Assembly: GCF_964204645.1 (NCBI RefSeq)
Contig: NC_134029.1
Location: 14,224,850 to 14,288,849 of the forward strand
Reading direction: 5' to 3'
Length of the DNA: 64,000 bases
Origin: Tubulanus polymorphus
Taxonomy: Eukaryota; Animalia; Nemertea
A program made the position numbers and the translations under genes. The notes beneath the pieces are model-generated. The model saw only the letters and a list, made by a program, of their open reading frames with translations, had not been told where the DNA came from and did no database searches. Below are positions 1 to 12,966 of this stretch, in pieces. Position 1 is the stretch's first letter; every line of letters starts with the position of its first letter.

Positions 1-539
1 TCTGAGTGTGCTGCAGGCAATGTGTTCTCAGAATGACGTCATCAGCATCACCGCATAAACGCGAGCATCCTGTTGCTAGGGTCGTTGCTAGAGGCTTTTC
101 TGGAGTTTGGATAAAGATATTTAGAAAATCTTTTCACGAGACTGTGCATGTGCATACGGTGCATGTTTTATACAAAAAAAAATTAGATTTAAAAATTTTT
201 CCCAAACCTCTTCATGACCCCTTTGAAAATATTAAGAGTAGATATTACTGGTTGAGTTTTTTAATCTTGATTATTAAAATCAGCGTGAAAATATCAGTCA
301 AGTGCAAAAAAGAGTGAAATTATCTTTTCATTCCCCAGAGCAGTATCCAAATAGGGAAAAATTTCACAATTATACATTTTTGATACCATAAGAAGGGTAA
401 GAAGTATGTTGCCATGGCAACTAGATAACAGATAATGAGAAAAATGGCACCTCAAATTTCTGAAACTTCGAGGTTCCTACTTTCTAAAAATGATGGGTGC
501 CAAGCTTTAACCTTTTATGCACACTCGGCTCAATAAGCT

Positions 540-701
540 CCTGGACTATGTAGTTCTTGACATATTCTATCATTGTGGTGAGTTTCACTAGGTCATTGGC
601 TTTTGTATATGGTCACCAGGGGGCGTTGAATACTGTAACTGTTAGAATGTTGAGCATTTGAAACCACTTCCCAAGTGGGCATGGTGTCCCTGGACCCCTC
701 T
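540..701 (+). mobile_element. HINE family 1, 3' fragment
   Basis: One central repeat plus the terminal TCCCAAGTGGGCATGGTGTCCCTGGACCCC seen in fuller copies. Confidence 0.75.
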
Positions 702-1920
702 AAGACGACATTTGCATTTCTTTCAACTGAACCAGAATCCAAATATATTTCTAGCAGTATTGAAACTTTTTTATGCGGTCCCAAATCTTTTAAATTATTC
801 CAAAAATCCATTGGATTTTGGTTTTTAGACGTCTCTAAGTCCAAACTTATACCCCTGCAGTATCTTCATTTGTAAAATCTATGTCGCCAGTCAAAATTGT
901 ATCTTGCTTCTATTCCATTTGAATTTGATGTTTTTGTTTTTTTTCCGGCACATGCGAATCCAAAGACCATGGAGTTCATAATTCCAATAATGACTGCGAG
1001 GTTTTTGATACGAATTTCTACGCTGATGTTTAGGGCTATTAACAGGAATTTCATGTTTCATTTCCTTAGTTATCTTTAAGACAATGGTGTCATAAATATG
1101 ATAAACTGCTGTCTGAGTTTCTTGGCAGAGTTCTATGCTCTCAATTAGAGAAATAATTGCATTCCTAGCATTGTCAGAGCTGAACATTTATCATTTTAAT
1201 CTAAATCAAGGTCGTTCAACCTGTGCTACAAGTCATGTATTGCGTTGAATGGTAGGTTGATGCCTTGCACTTCACAACATGGCGTATTGTTGATTTCTAC
1301 AGTGAGCAATGAATGATTGGGCAATTTTGATCCTTGGCCAATGAGTGATTGTACATTATACTTGTTATGGATATGAGTTCCTGTGGCATGTGAGTGAAAA
1401 TAAACTTGTTGTTCTGTAGCTGTAACCATTACGTTAGGGTTATATTATCTGAGGCTCTTTACAACACGAAACAATACTTACTGGCAATTTCGCTCATAGT
1501 AGAAATTGTAAATCGTTTAACATCTTTTAGAATGTCATAAGGTAATAAGAAATAGTCTACAACAGATTTACCATGACTCGAAATATAAGTATTGTTGTTA
1601 CCATCATACCTCCCGTTTAGTAGAGCCATTTTGGCTTCAACAAGAGATCTGTCATTCTTATTGAATTCAATAAGTGATCCACCATGAGGGTTAATAGATT
1701 TATCTAAAATAGATCTGGAAGGCTATCTACATCAGGGATATAATCTTTTAATGAACCAACCTTCCCGAGTCACAGGATAAGTAGACTTGGGATGATAAGT
1801 GTGAGTAAAAACTTGACGAATCTCTACATCAGGGGAACCCTCTAGTGGTAAATAACAGCAGAAAATTGAGATTTTCATATCAGTTAATCTATGCTTTAAC
1901 GTAGTCCCAAAATTCCATCG
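702..1920 (-). mobile_element. Decayed LINE (CR1/L2-group-like) ORF2 endonuclease region
   Basis: Minus-strand peptides IFCCYLP and LLNGRYDGNNNTYISSHGKSVVDYFL match AP-endonuclease motifs; many stops and frameshifts. Confidence 0.7.
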
Positions 1921-2371
1921 AAGGCGTTATCACAAACTTTTGTGTCGTACAGCTGAGTGAGGTGCTGCATTATGAAAATACCTATACCACCAAAAAATTG
2001 TGTGGTGCTTTTTTCTGTTTTAACAGTCTAGGGAAAGAAAACCGAACATCAGACCTTCCAACCACCCCACATTTTGCGGGACAGTCACGGAATTCCACAG
2101 TCGGTCCCGCTGTCCCGGCGGGAAGCATTAAAATGTCACGCATTTCTAACCAATTTGCTTTTGTCACGGAAAATTTCAAGGTTTTAATTAATTTCAATGA
2201 GAAAGCAGCAACAAAAACCAAAAATTTCAGTGGTGGAAAACTGTAAAAATGTAACAAACAGTAAACTTGAAACATTCATGGTGTTTTTATTTGAAAGAAC
2301 ATGAAAAATACATATTGTACATACTGATAAGTATCATTTTCGGAACGTGTATATACGTATACATATATATT

Positions 2372-2411
<40 letters not shown>

Positions 2412-3759
2412 TATATATATATTTATAAATATTTATATATATATAAACACATACAGGTATTCTATTTCCATATGCATATACCCTATATGGATTCCTGTAG
2501 TTATGAAAACTAATAAACTTTCATTCATTGCACTTCAGTCAAATTTTCAAATTTTTCGGTACTTGATCTAGCTACCACATAAGTTCAAAATTTCCCAAAG
2601 TACATGAAAGAATTACAATTTATGACTATTGCCTGATAGAAAACATGTTTGGCAGTTGTTTTAGTGCTGTTTTGAAACCATAACCTTTCCCAGTTTGGCA
2701 GAATTGGATTTTTTCTGAGAAAATAATGAGAAACTATACACGCGGCGGCCATTTTGAATTTCACCGTTGCCATGGCAACGACAACAATCGCCATGATGAC
2801 CAGTGTAAAATAATCCTGTGGTCAATATACATTATATCTGAAAGTTATATGTGAATCCATTTAGTAGTTTTACTGTGGCAGGCAGTTAAAAACTTAAGGT
2901 CAAAATGCCTGAAATTACCCCAAAAATGGCTTCGCTCTGGTGGCAAAACTTGTCAAAAATGGTGCGCTCACGAAGGGTTAAGGGAATGTTGGCTCTTTTT
3001 CGCTAGCGGTAGGGGAAAAAGTAACTGATATATGCCACGAGTGTATATAATAAGGCAATGAGTGAACACTGTGGTGCTTGCAGTCAGTACTCTAGGCTTG
3101 ATCTAATCTGGCAAGTGAACACTGTGGCGCCAGCAGTCGGTTCTCAGGAATAATTTAATATGGCAAGTGGGGATCTCTGTCCCTCAAAACAATTTTCAAG
3201 GGTTGGCACCTCTGAAACATACACTTCAAGATAAACATGATCCGATTCTGGTCCACAAAGCGTCTCCTGTACACATATGATATCACTTTCTGTTGATAGG
3301 AGAATTGCCTGTCTTAGTTCTAAATTTGAAGTCGACCAGCCAGCAACGTTGATGCTTGTGACTTTAAGGTGTTGGGGCCCAAGTTCCTATGGGCGGTACT
3401 GTCTGTTGTCATGCCATTCCCTGTTGGGGTTTCTCGACTGTTCCCTGTAGTAGTTTAATCCTCTGCTGTGCGATGGTCCTCGCTCTTAGTGTTTGCTGGT
3501 CGGGCATTGAAGCGATTATTGTCAGTGTTTTTCGGTATAATACGTCTGTTAGCTGATACCCGGAACAATTGTCCGTTAAGAATGATGTCTAACTAAATGG
3601 GATGTCGTCGAGGTGCGATTTACTGGATCATGAGTCTGACACTTTTGAATCGGTTTGTATTCTGACTTTGTTTTATTTCTAAGCACGCATACTTTTGCTA
3701 CAACTGAGTTGAATGCAATCTTAGTGAGACCGGGTCTATCACTAATAGATTTTTCAATC

Positions 3760-3993
3760 CATCAGGGGGCATTGAATAGTACAACATAATTTCCATATTT
3801 GGTACCTAGGCATATTTTGTTACCACAATCAATTGCAAAGTTGTAGCTCTTGACATATTCTATGATTGTGGTGAGTTACAAGGTCATTGGTTTCACTATT
3901 TGGTCACCAAGGGGCGTTGAATATTGAAATTGTTAGAATGTTGAGCATTTGAAACCACTTCCCAAGTGGGCATGGTGTCTCTGGACCCCTAGT
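3760..3993 (+). mobile_element. HINE family 1, 3' fragment
   Basis: Central repeats plus terminal subTIR, hairpin and CTAGTT. Confidence 0.75.
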
Positions 3994-4497
3994 TGGTGTT
4001 GTTTTTTTTAAAAACATTTTTAACATTTTTTGCATGGCAGCGAAAACGGGTTTCTGCCTAACTGGTTCATATATCGCACTGGGAAACGTCATCGCAATAA
4101 TCCTAATCAGTCATAACATATGACTTATTTCCAAGAAGCTCAACCTGGTTCAACAATATGCTGAATATGTGGATCCAGCTACATACAAGGGCTACTAACG
4201 TATTGATGTTTTTAAATGGCCACGTAACCGAAGATATGGTTCTTTCAAAGTCCTCTGGTGGCAGTTGCATGAACTAGTCTGTCGCACATGCTCTCCTTGT
4301 GCGTTTTGATCCATTATTTCGTTAATACTAGGTTGATCTACCTTATGCATCAATTTGTTCAGTGAGGAATTTGCATTCAGAAATAAACAATGATAACTTC
4401 TCTGGTATAGAAACAAGGTTTCTGATAGACGTGGGACAAATTATTATTAGACTTAAAACCTTATACAAATTCATCAATGTTACTTTAAGATCTACAG

Positions 4498-4655
4498 ATG
4501 ATGTGTCATAAGTTGGATGAAAAAGATCAAACTATAATTACCCTTCAAGAAAAATGTAGCATTGCTGTTGAATCAATACAACGAGAATATGCTGTGGAAA
4601 GGACTAATTTAAGCAATGACATAGAAACAAAACAATCAGAGCTTCAGACCACTAG
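4498..4655 (+). CDS. Coiled-coil host gene, first visible coding exon (MMCHKLDEKDQ...SELQTT)
   Basis: CAG at 4495-4497 precedes an open frame ending AG|GTAAAA (phase 2), which joins in frame to the next exon. Upstream exons may exist. Confidence 0.8.
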
Positions 4656-4744
4656 GTAAAAAACCGTAGAAAAAAAAATGTGAGCATATCTATTATTTGT
4701 CTGGAAAAAGTACTAGAAATGTGAAACGAACTATTTTTTAACAG

Positions 4745-4964
4745 GGAGAAGCTGGTACAAATTACCGAGCAGTTTAAAGAAAAGGAGATCCAGCTGGCAG
4801 GCTTTGGAAAGACATTACGTGTACTTGACGAAGAGACTCGAATGCGCCATGACTTAGAGTTAAAATATCAAAGTGTTAACAGTGAGTTACTAGATGCTAA
4901 GATGCTTATGGGTCACATGAAAACTGAAAATGTTTCGTTGAAGGAAGCAGCAAGACAATTACAG
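4745..4964 (+). CDS. Coiled-coil host gene, exon 2 (EKLVQITEQF...EAARQLQ)
   Basis: tttttaacAG acceptor and CAG|GTAATC donor; 1+219 nt, consistent with phase 2 in and phase 0 out; E/K/L-rich heptads. Confidence 0.9.
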
Positions 4965-5037
4965 GTAATCTATGAAATAATCCTTAACTGCTTTTCTTAG
5001 CTTGGAGATCAAAACTCATAATTGGCCTATTCATCAG

Positions 5038-5202
5038 GACAACATGGACAAACTTAAAGAAAATAACACTTCACTTCGAGAGAAATTAAAAGATCAGCAT
5101 GAAAAAATCAACCAAGAAAACCATGACCTAAAGAATAGCATCTTTAAAACTAATGAACAATACGACAAAGAGCGAAACGACTTAAAATCAAGACTCAATA
5201 AG
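5038..5202 (+). CDS. Coiled-coil host gene, exon 3 (DNMDKLKENN...KSRLNK)
   Basis: tcatcAG acceptor, AAG|GTGCAG donor, 55 codons, phase 0; lies within ORF 5002-5211. Confidence 0.85.
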
Positions 5203-5984
5203 GTGCAGTAATTTTCTCTTAACCCTTTGGCGCATGCAAAAAATTATTACCTAAACTATCCTATTGTTTCAGCTAATTACGAAGCAGTACATTTTACGAA
5301 ATAGCAAAACTCCCATTTGGACACCTTATATGATAAATAAGATAATTGCAAGTTGATAAATAGTATGGCAGGTTTTCGTGAATCATAACTTAACCATATA
5401 GCAGATTTCACGATAATGGGTACCAAGTCAACATTTTGATGATGGAATTCTTTTTTTGCAGAGTCATAAAAAACATTTTCTATTTTAATATATAATGGTT
5501 GTATCCTCATAAAGAGAACAATTTCAACAAGTTTGCATGTAGACTACTTAAACCAAAGAGTTTCTTATTTCGTGCTGACTGCGCCGATCTATACTGATCC
5601 TCGGCAGCTGAGTAGAATGGCAACTTTCCAATGACATATTAATGACATTGATTCTTTTTGCCAGTTTGGACTTATAGAAATGCCTCCGTTATTAGCTTTG
5701 GCAGCAGTACAATATAGGTGCACGGCAACAGATGAGTTGCATACATCTTAATGCTCTAGATTTTCTCAGCTGTTACATATTTCTTAGTTTAAATTAATTA
5801 GCATGTCTGCACGTATTTATTAGCTGTGACCTCCAGGCATTTGCTTAGCTCAGAGATTTCACGAAAGAGAGCTGTCATTGGGCACGGGTCAGTCGAGATC
5901 TCGCTTCACTATCTGCATCCTGAGCCTTCTGGATGTCCCCTTTATTGAGGCTGTCTTGGAATTTTTGGTTCGCTTTGGCGAGCC

Positions 5985-6641
5985 TATGTCAACGGTCTAG
6001 CCGATCGATAATCATTCGTGTGCTTAATACACTACGCTCGAAGCTATTTTTAGCACACTCAAACGCAATTTCATTAGCCAGTAATTTCACTACTCATGGG
6101 CGAATTGAACCGATTAAGCAAGAGAAATTTACAAAAATATTTCAAAAATTCGATTTATTTGAGCGCACTTTTTTATGCAGCATCTTTAACCGTCCAAAAT
6201 AACACATCTGAAAATTCAATGCTTTTTGCATCGGAAGAACTTTATATCGCCAAGATCCGACGCTTGGTTGGGTAGTTATGGGCTTTCAAGGACGAAACCC
6301 CTCAAAATCTTGGTTCTATAAAATTTGTGTTGACCTGGTTTTGACTTCCATCACGTCATAACATTGAACGAGGTGGATCAGCTGGTGCGCGTTATATCAC
6401 AAACAAAATGGCGGCACGATTCAATAGGTTGATATTCATCATTTCTAGCGCGAATACTGATATTCAAGGCGTATGATTTAACGATTTATTGTGTGCAATG
6501 TATTCAGTGTTCAATGATTCATCTAGCTTTGATATCCCGTACATAAGGTAGGTAACGTTGCATCAAGATATCTGATGAAAATGTGGTTTCAAAATGCGGA
6601 AATTTACTTCCGTGTTCGCCACATGGCTGATTCACTGATAG

Positions 6642-6708
<67 letters not shown>

Positions 6709-7205
6709 TTCTCGGACGGAAGGAGGCCTGGTGGTGGCCTATTGGTGTCCGGCTTGTTTGTTGATTAGTATTGGTTCAGGTGACAGAGTTTCCATATAAA
6801 GCCCTCTGACTTAATAATATTTCATTAAAAATAATTGGTATATTTATTCATTACTAAAAGATTATATTGTTTATAGAGTTGCCTTACACTCTCGTGTTCA
6901 CTACGTGTATGTATCAGTTATAGAGTACGCGGGCCACGGTGTAGGTCGGGCGTAACAACGATTTGTCTGAGTGAAGATGTAAGCTACTTAAAGCAATCCT
7001 ATCGTGAAATCATTAAAAATCATGGCAGTCAATACACTTTATTTCGTCAGTAACCGGCACTGACTGGCCTCAAATTTGAAGAACTTGGGAGCTTCTGTCC
7101 TGATTGGTCCGTACGATAAAATTGAAAAAACCTCCGATGAAACCCATGCTCTCACCAAGTTTGTACTGTATCTTATCGGGTCACTCATAGTTGTAGTTTT
7201 TTGGT
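5985..7205. repeat. Unclassified ~1.2-kb interspersed repeat; second copy at ~60177-61380
   Basis: Collinear similarity (e.g. GTGCTTAATACACTACGCTC, CAAAATGGCGGCACGATT); this copy has an expanded (CAT)n at 6642-6705. Confidence 0.85.
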
Positions 7206-8600
7206 TTACCTATGTTATGGCTGTTGGTTGGCAGTCTGCCAAGAGTGTGTTAAATCGCAGCACAAAATTTAGTGGTAAATACTTACGGGGTTGTCTTTTA
7301 TCGTGAAGCAAGTAGAATTGATGCGCGGAGGTCAGGCCGGTAAGCTTCGAACGGATGATGCAAATTTTCGAGAAAAACGTCGAAAATTCTTCGCTTTCTT
7401 TCTTCATTGAAAGAGTAATAGACGATGGCGCCAGTCCGAAGGCCAGCGTTTTTGGAGAGAGGTAGTCGACAAATGTTTGGCATCGTTTTTGTTGAAATGA
7501 GAGTTAATTGGTTCCACACAGTGGTGTGCACTTTTTCATTTGCTATTGCCGTAGGCTAATTGGTGTGTTTGCCGATGTTTTTGCGGTATATTGGCATTCT
7601 TCACGTAACAGCGCATACACGTTAAAATCCGCGCACTACGTAAATCAGCTGTTATATCTATCGTACGTACATACACACCGCAGTGCATGGCAGTGCCTCT
7701 TTTAATTTCGTTAGATACTTCGTCGATGGATATGCTGTTTCTTGACATAAAACCATAACAATAATGTATATTTAGGTACTATACGTTACGGTATCTGGGT
7801 AAGCGAAGGAGTGGAAGGTGTCCACTTAATTCCACATACTCTAAAGGTTTTTAGATCTTCTAGAACGGGAAATTCACCGTTTTAAAACAGTTAATTGCCA
7901 TAAAGTTTTGAAATTTTCTGTTTTTAAACTAAATTTTGATCTATTATCACAAAATATTCAGTTCAGAATGTTTGAGCTTGAAATTTTTCACACAGACCTC
8001 AAAATTGTAGGAGACTCCCGTATGATAAAATATTCAACGTTTATTTGTTCTAAAAATATATTATATGACAATTTCAGAAAGTCAATAAATCATTGTTTGT
8101 CACTTTCTGATGAGTATTTGTGCTGTCTCATCATCTAGGCCTCTCTGCATGCAAGGCTGGAATGATTGGATAGAGCATTGAACAAAATCTAAACCTATAG
8201 GAAAATATTGCCACATTCATCAGGAAGAAAATGAGCTGGTAGGCCTAAAATGAGAAATTTGGCACTGTTTTCTTGGCTTCATGGATTTTTATGCTAAATA
8301 CAAAGAATTGCTAAAACACAGCCAATATCAAATTTTGTGTCATGCTTCCCAGAGCCTTTATAGTTTTCTGGACATATCTAAACTAAAACTAGCAGCCACG
8401 ACGCAAGTGGAAATCAAAATGAATACATGTATAATTGTACGTTCTTCTAGATAGTAGAAAGGTAAACCACTTTGCCTGTGGCAAATTATTTATATCATTC
8501 AAGGGATGTATTACAATTATGAACATTTGACAAAATAATCAATTTTTCTCGTTAAAAGTCAGTTATCATTAGAAGTTCACACTGATCAAAATTGAGTCCT

Positions 8601-11600
8601 TTTTAGCCCAGCGGGCTATTGCGTTCACTTTTCGTCCGTCCGTAGAAGGAATCCAGTTATTTTGGGAAGTTTTGAAGACGCTTCAAGGTAATCTCTTGAT
8701 ATTTAGTTTATACATGTATCTACCCTAGACACATCTTCAGCCCAAAAACTGGCCCTGTCAGATTCAAGATGGCCGACTGGCAGCTATTGTTGTTCGCCAG
8801 AATCAGCACTTTTTACACATTTTCGAAGTTTTCGAGGGAAATTTTGAAGATACTTTGAACAATTACCTTGATCTTTCGTTTATATTTGAATCTACCAATA
8901 GCCCACCAGCATAAGAAAAATTGGGTCGATCTGACTCAAGATGGCCGTCCTATGGCCTTTTTAGTGCCCAAAAATGGCAATTTTGGTCCGAATTCTGAGT
9001 CCTGTAGCTTCATACTGGTTTGCCATTTATCATTGCAATTTGTGATGGGTATTCTTTGGAAAGGGATGTTTTATACCTGGGACAGGTTTTTTTGATCAGC
9101 CAATTATGACGCAATTGGCGGCCATCTTGGTGTCATCAGTACTCATTCGTACGTGGGATAAAGTTTTTCCACATTAAATTGATACCTAAGCATATTGTGT
9201 ATCTATATTCAATTGGAAAGTTGCAGCCCATAACGTCTTCAATGTTTTGGGTGAGTTTCAAGGTAATTGGTTTTTGTATGTGGCCACCAGGGGGCGTTGA
9301 ATAATACAATAACTTAGTATTTCTATATTATATTTGTACCTATGCATATTTTGTTACCACAATCAATTGCAAAGTTGAAGCTCATGACATCTTCCATGAT
9401 TTTGGTGAGTTTAAAGGACATTAGTTATTCTATATGGTCACCAGGGGGCGTTGAATAGTAGAATAACTTAGTATTTCCTTATTATATTGGTACCTAGGCA
9501 TATTCTATTACCATGATCAATTGCAAAGTTGTAGTTCATGAGATCGTCTATGATTGTGGTGAGTTTTTAAGGACATTAGTTATTCCATATAGTCACCAGG
9601 AGGCATTGAATAGGAGAATAGCTGAGTATTTCCTTATTAGATTGGTACCTAGGCATATTTTGTTACCATGTAACGTTGTATTTCATGACAATTCAATTCA
9701 ATTCAATAAAAATCTTTATTATACTTTTATATCCATTATGGATTGAGGTGTACAGAGTATACAGATAGACTATACAATAAAATAACGATACAAATGAAAC
9801 AAATGACTAATTACAGTTACACAAGGGATATTCGGACCCAGTGTCAGTATATACATGATCCACTTAATGACGTTGATAATACATGTATATTCATTCAATC
9901 ATAGACTATTGAAACCTTTGGTTATAAATTTACCTGTGATATAGGAAAGTTTTATGGATGTGTTAATAATTTCATAAAGACTTTTTCCTTGTTCCAGTTA
10001 ATGGCATCATTATAGGTGTTGTACATTCTTGCTAGCATTTCAGAACGAGCTGAATTGAATTTCATACACTCCATTACAAAATGAAATTCATCTTCTACTT
10101 TGTTACAGGGAGTGCACTGGCGTGTTTCTCTCAGTTTATTGATATACCTTTCTCTCTCTCGATCTTAAGTGGGTGACTGCTTGTTCGTAATTTACAGATT
10201 CCAATTTTGAATTTTCGTGGTAAATTTGGATCTTTTAGATATGATGATATGCCAAACTCATTCTTAATTTTTCCATTCTAATTTTGAAGTGTTGTTGATT
10301 CTGTTTAGCCAGTAGATTTTGTACCTTTCTTGAATGATGCGTTTAATTCTTTCAAATGGTATTTTATACTCAATTGGGTTCTCCCAAAGCTTGTGGCAAG
10401 TTGAATAAATGAAATAAGTTTGAGAGAAAGGAATACCACACGGACTGGCATTTAATATTGGCATGCATGGCTAACTCGATAAGTCTATTCCCATCAGTTA
10501 TGCTCGATTTCCAAAATTTGGCACTTATGTACAGAGGGAACACGCCTAGCTCATCTAAAACCGCATTATTGGTTGTTTTCTTATTTACATATAATACATA
10601 TTTACAGAAGCTTACTAATAATCTGACAAGGTGTTTATCATCTTGAAATAATTCTTCAAGGTAGTTTGGTCTAGACATGTACTACGATTGTGGTGAGTTT
10701 TAAGGTCATTGGGCTTTGAATATGGTCACCAGGGGGCGTTGAATAGTTGAATAACTTAGTATTTCCATATTAAATTGGTAACGAGGCATATTTTGTTATC
10801 ACAATCAACTACAAAATCATAGCTGCTGACATGTTCTATGATTTTGGTGGGTTTCAAGGTCATTTGTTTTTGTATATGGTCACTAGGGGGCGTTATGTAT
10901 TGAAATTGTTAGATTGTTGAGCATTTGAAACCACTTCCCAAGTGGGCATGGTGTCCCTGGACCCCTAGTTTTTCATTGCAATTTATGATGGGTATTCTTT
11001 GGAAAGGTATGATTTATACCCGAGACAGGTATATATGATCAGGCAATTATGACGCAATTGGCGGCCATCTTGGTGTCATGAGTACTTATTCGTAGGTGGA
11101 GAAATGTTTTTCCACATTATATTGATACTAAAGCATATTTTGTTACCACAATCAATTGGAAAGTTGTAGCTCATGATATGGTCTATGATTGTGGAGTTTC
11201 AAGGACATAAGTAATCTATATGGTCACTAGGGGGCGTTGAAAAGTAGAAAAACTTAGTATTTCCTTATTATATTGGAACCTAGGCATATTTTGTTACTAT
11301 GATCAATTACAAAGTTATAGCTCATGACATGGTCTATGATTATGGTGATGTTCGAGGTCATTGGCCTTCGCATATGGTCACAAGGAGGCATTGAATAGTA
11401 GAATAACTTAGTATTTCCATATCATATCGGTAACTAGGCATATTTTGTAACCACAATCAATTTCAAAATTGTAGCTGCTGACATGTTCTATGATTGTGGT
11501 GAGTTTCAAGGTCATTGGTTGGGGCTTTGAAAATTGAAATTGTTAGATTATTGAGCATTTGAAACCACTCCCCAAGTGGGCATGGTGTCCCTGGACCCCT

Positions 11601-11604
11601 AGTT
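8601..11604 (+). mobile_element. HINE family 1 (DINE-1/Helentron-like non-autonomous) with partial tandem 3' duplication and nested LINE
   Basis: 5' TTTTAGCCC end, GTCC microsatellite, ~155-bp central tandem repeats, and subTIR TCCCAAGTGGGC plus hairpin plus CTAGTT at both 10970 and 11604. Confidence 0.8.
9691..10673 (-). mobile_element. 5'-truncated LINE 3' end inserted in HINE
   Basis: Peptides NNAVLDELGVFPLYI, KLRTSSHPLKIERE and CNKVEDEFHFVMEC; AATAAA-adjacent (TTGAA)n tail; GACA on both sides of the junction. Confidence 0.8.
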
Positions 11605-11759
11605 TTATATATTTTTTTCTTGTTTGATTTTCAATGAAATGATTTTTTGCATACCGGTAGCCTACGTGACAGATCTTTACTTCACACCAGTTTGGCGAGC
11701 CTCTGGACCATTGGTCCTTTATTTAACTGAGGCAGCGATTTTTCTCACTAGGAAACTGT

Positions 11760-12060
11760 TTCTTCACAGTTCAGGCAACTGTTTTTCTTAACCCTTTAAT
11801 GGCATACGGGAGCGGGTGACCGGATTCTGATGTTTTACACCCGACCTGTGCTGACCGGAACTCGGGAAAACAAGGAAAGGTGGCTGAGTGAGTGCATGCT
11901 TGATTTTGTTGAATGCTAGACACAGTTCTTCCTGCCCCACCCCCTCCCATGTCTTAGGTTGATCCTTATCGGTCAACAACTAGATTTATAATTCCAATTT
12001 CACCATCTCCATGACCTTTGCCATGCTCTGAGCCATAGTAGTGTCTTTCAATTGGGATAT
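11760..12060 (-). mobile_element. Small Gypsy-like pol remnant
   Basis: AFNKIKHALTQPPFLVFP resembles the RT-RNase H connection motif. Confidence 0.5.
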
Positions 12061-12115
12061 TTGCTTTAGCGAGGTAACCAAAACAGCCTTTGCCTTTGTA
12101 CTGTGGGGCACAATC

Positions 12116-12966
12116 TGTCACGGAATCACATAACCGGGAGCCTCAAACCATATAACAGAAACTCGTCACGTAGAAATGAATATGTTTATTTACACTATAT
12201 ACAAGCAGTAAGCAGACAGATACTTATATTCGGTGAAGTAACAATTTTTAACGGCGAAATAACGATTGAAAGCATCAAATCATGCGGTACGCAATAGATA
12301 TCGCGGCACTTGTAGCCAGGACAGATGACCCGTAAGTCACGACGCTGGTAGCCGGAAACAAGATGAAAAACCACTCGGCACTTGTAGCCGGAAAAATAAC
12401 CTTGGCACTTGTAGCCGGAAAAAGTGACAGAATCGGAGCGGCCCGTATAGCCGGAGATAAAACAAGCCACTGGCAGGAGTTAGCTACAAAATATAAGCTG
12501 GGGAAAAACCATTTGGAGTATTATGCCAATACTATAAACAATGATTGAAAGTTACCTAGATTAATGATAATTATAACTACGTAGGAATACATCTACAACC
12601 GTTATACTTTATATATATAGAATAATGATTAAATATCAATAGACAATAGAATCACACTTATATATTGAAATCACAATGAATCTTACTAAATATCGATGTT
12701 CACGTCTAAAAACAAACTGCAACAATATTTTACTAAGAATTATGGAAAAACTTGTGTAAAACTTACCCCACGAATCGGGCAAAGTGAGCTCGTGGCAGCT
12801 GCGAAATATGCTTGACGCAGGTTTATAGTATACTGCCACGAGATATGGCCAGTAAAGGCTAAGGTACACCTAGCTAGCATAATAAAGCAAGGATACACTG
12901 AGTGAAGATATGTAGATAAACCCATTTAATCTTACATGAATTTATCGACAACATTCGGTTGTGACA
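12116..12966. mobile_element. Probable solo LTR (TGTCAC...GTGACA) nested in another LTR
   Basis: 6-bp inverted ends, near-identical 5-bp flanks CAATC/CAACC, internal GGCACTTGTAGCCGGA repeats at 12305-12455. Confidence 0.55.

Noticed and set aside
4130-4417. Possible additional upstream exons of the host gene
   Set aside because: Candidate frames either contain stops or do not match the phase of the 4498 exon; they could be UTR.
6519-6799. Poly-Met and poly-Ser ORFs
   Set aside because: Translation of the (CAT)n microsatellite.
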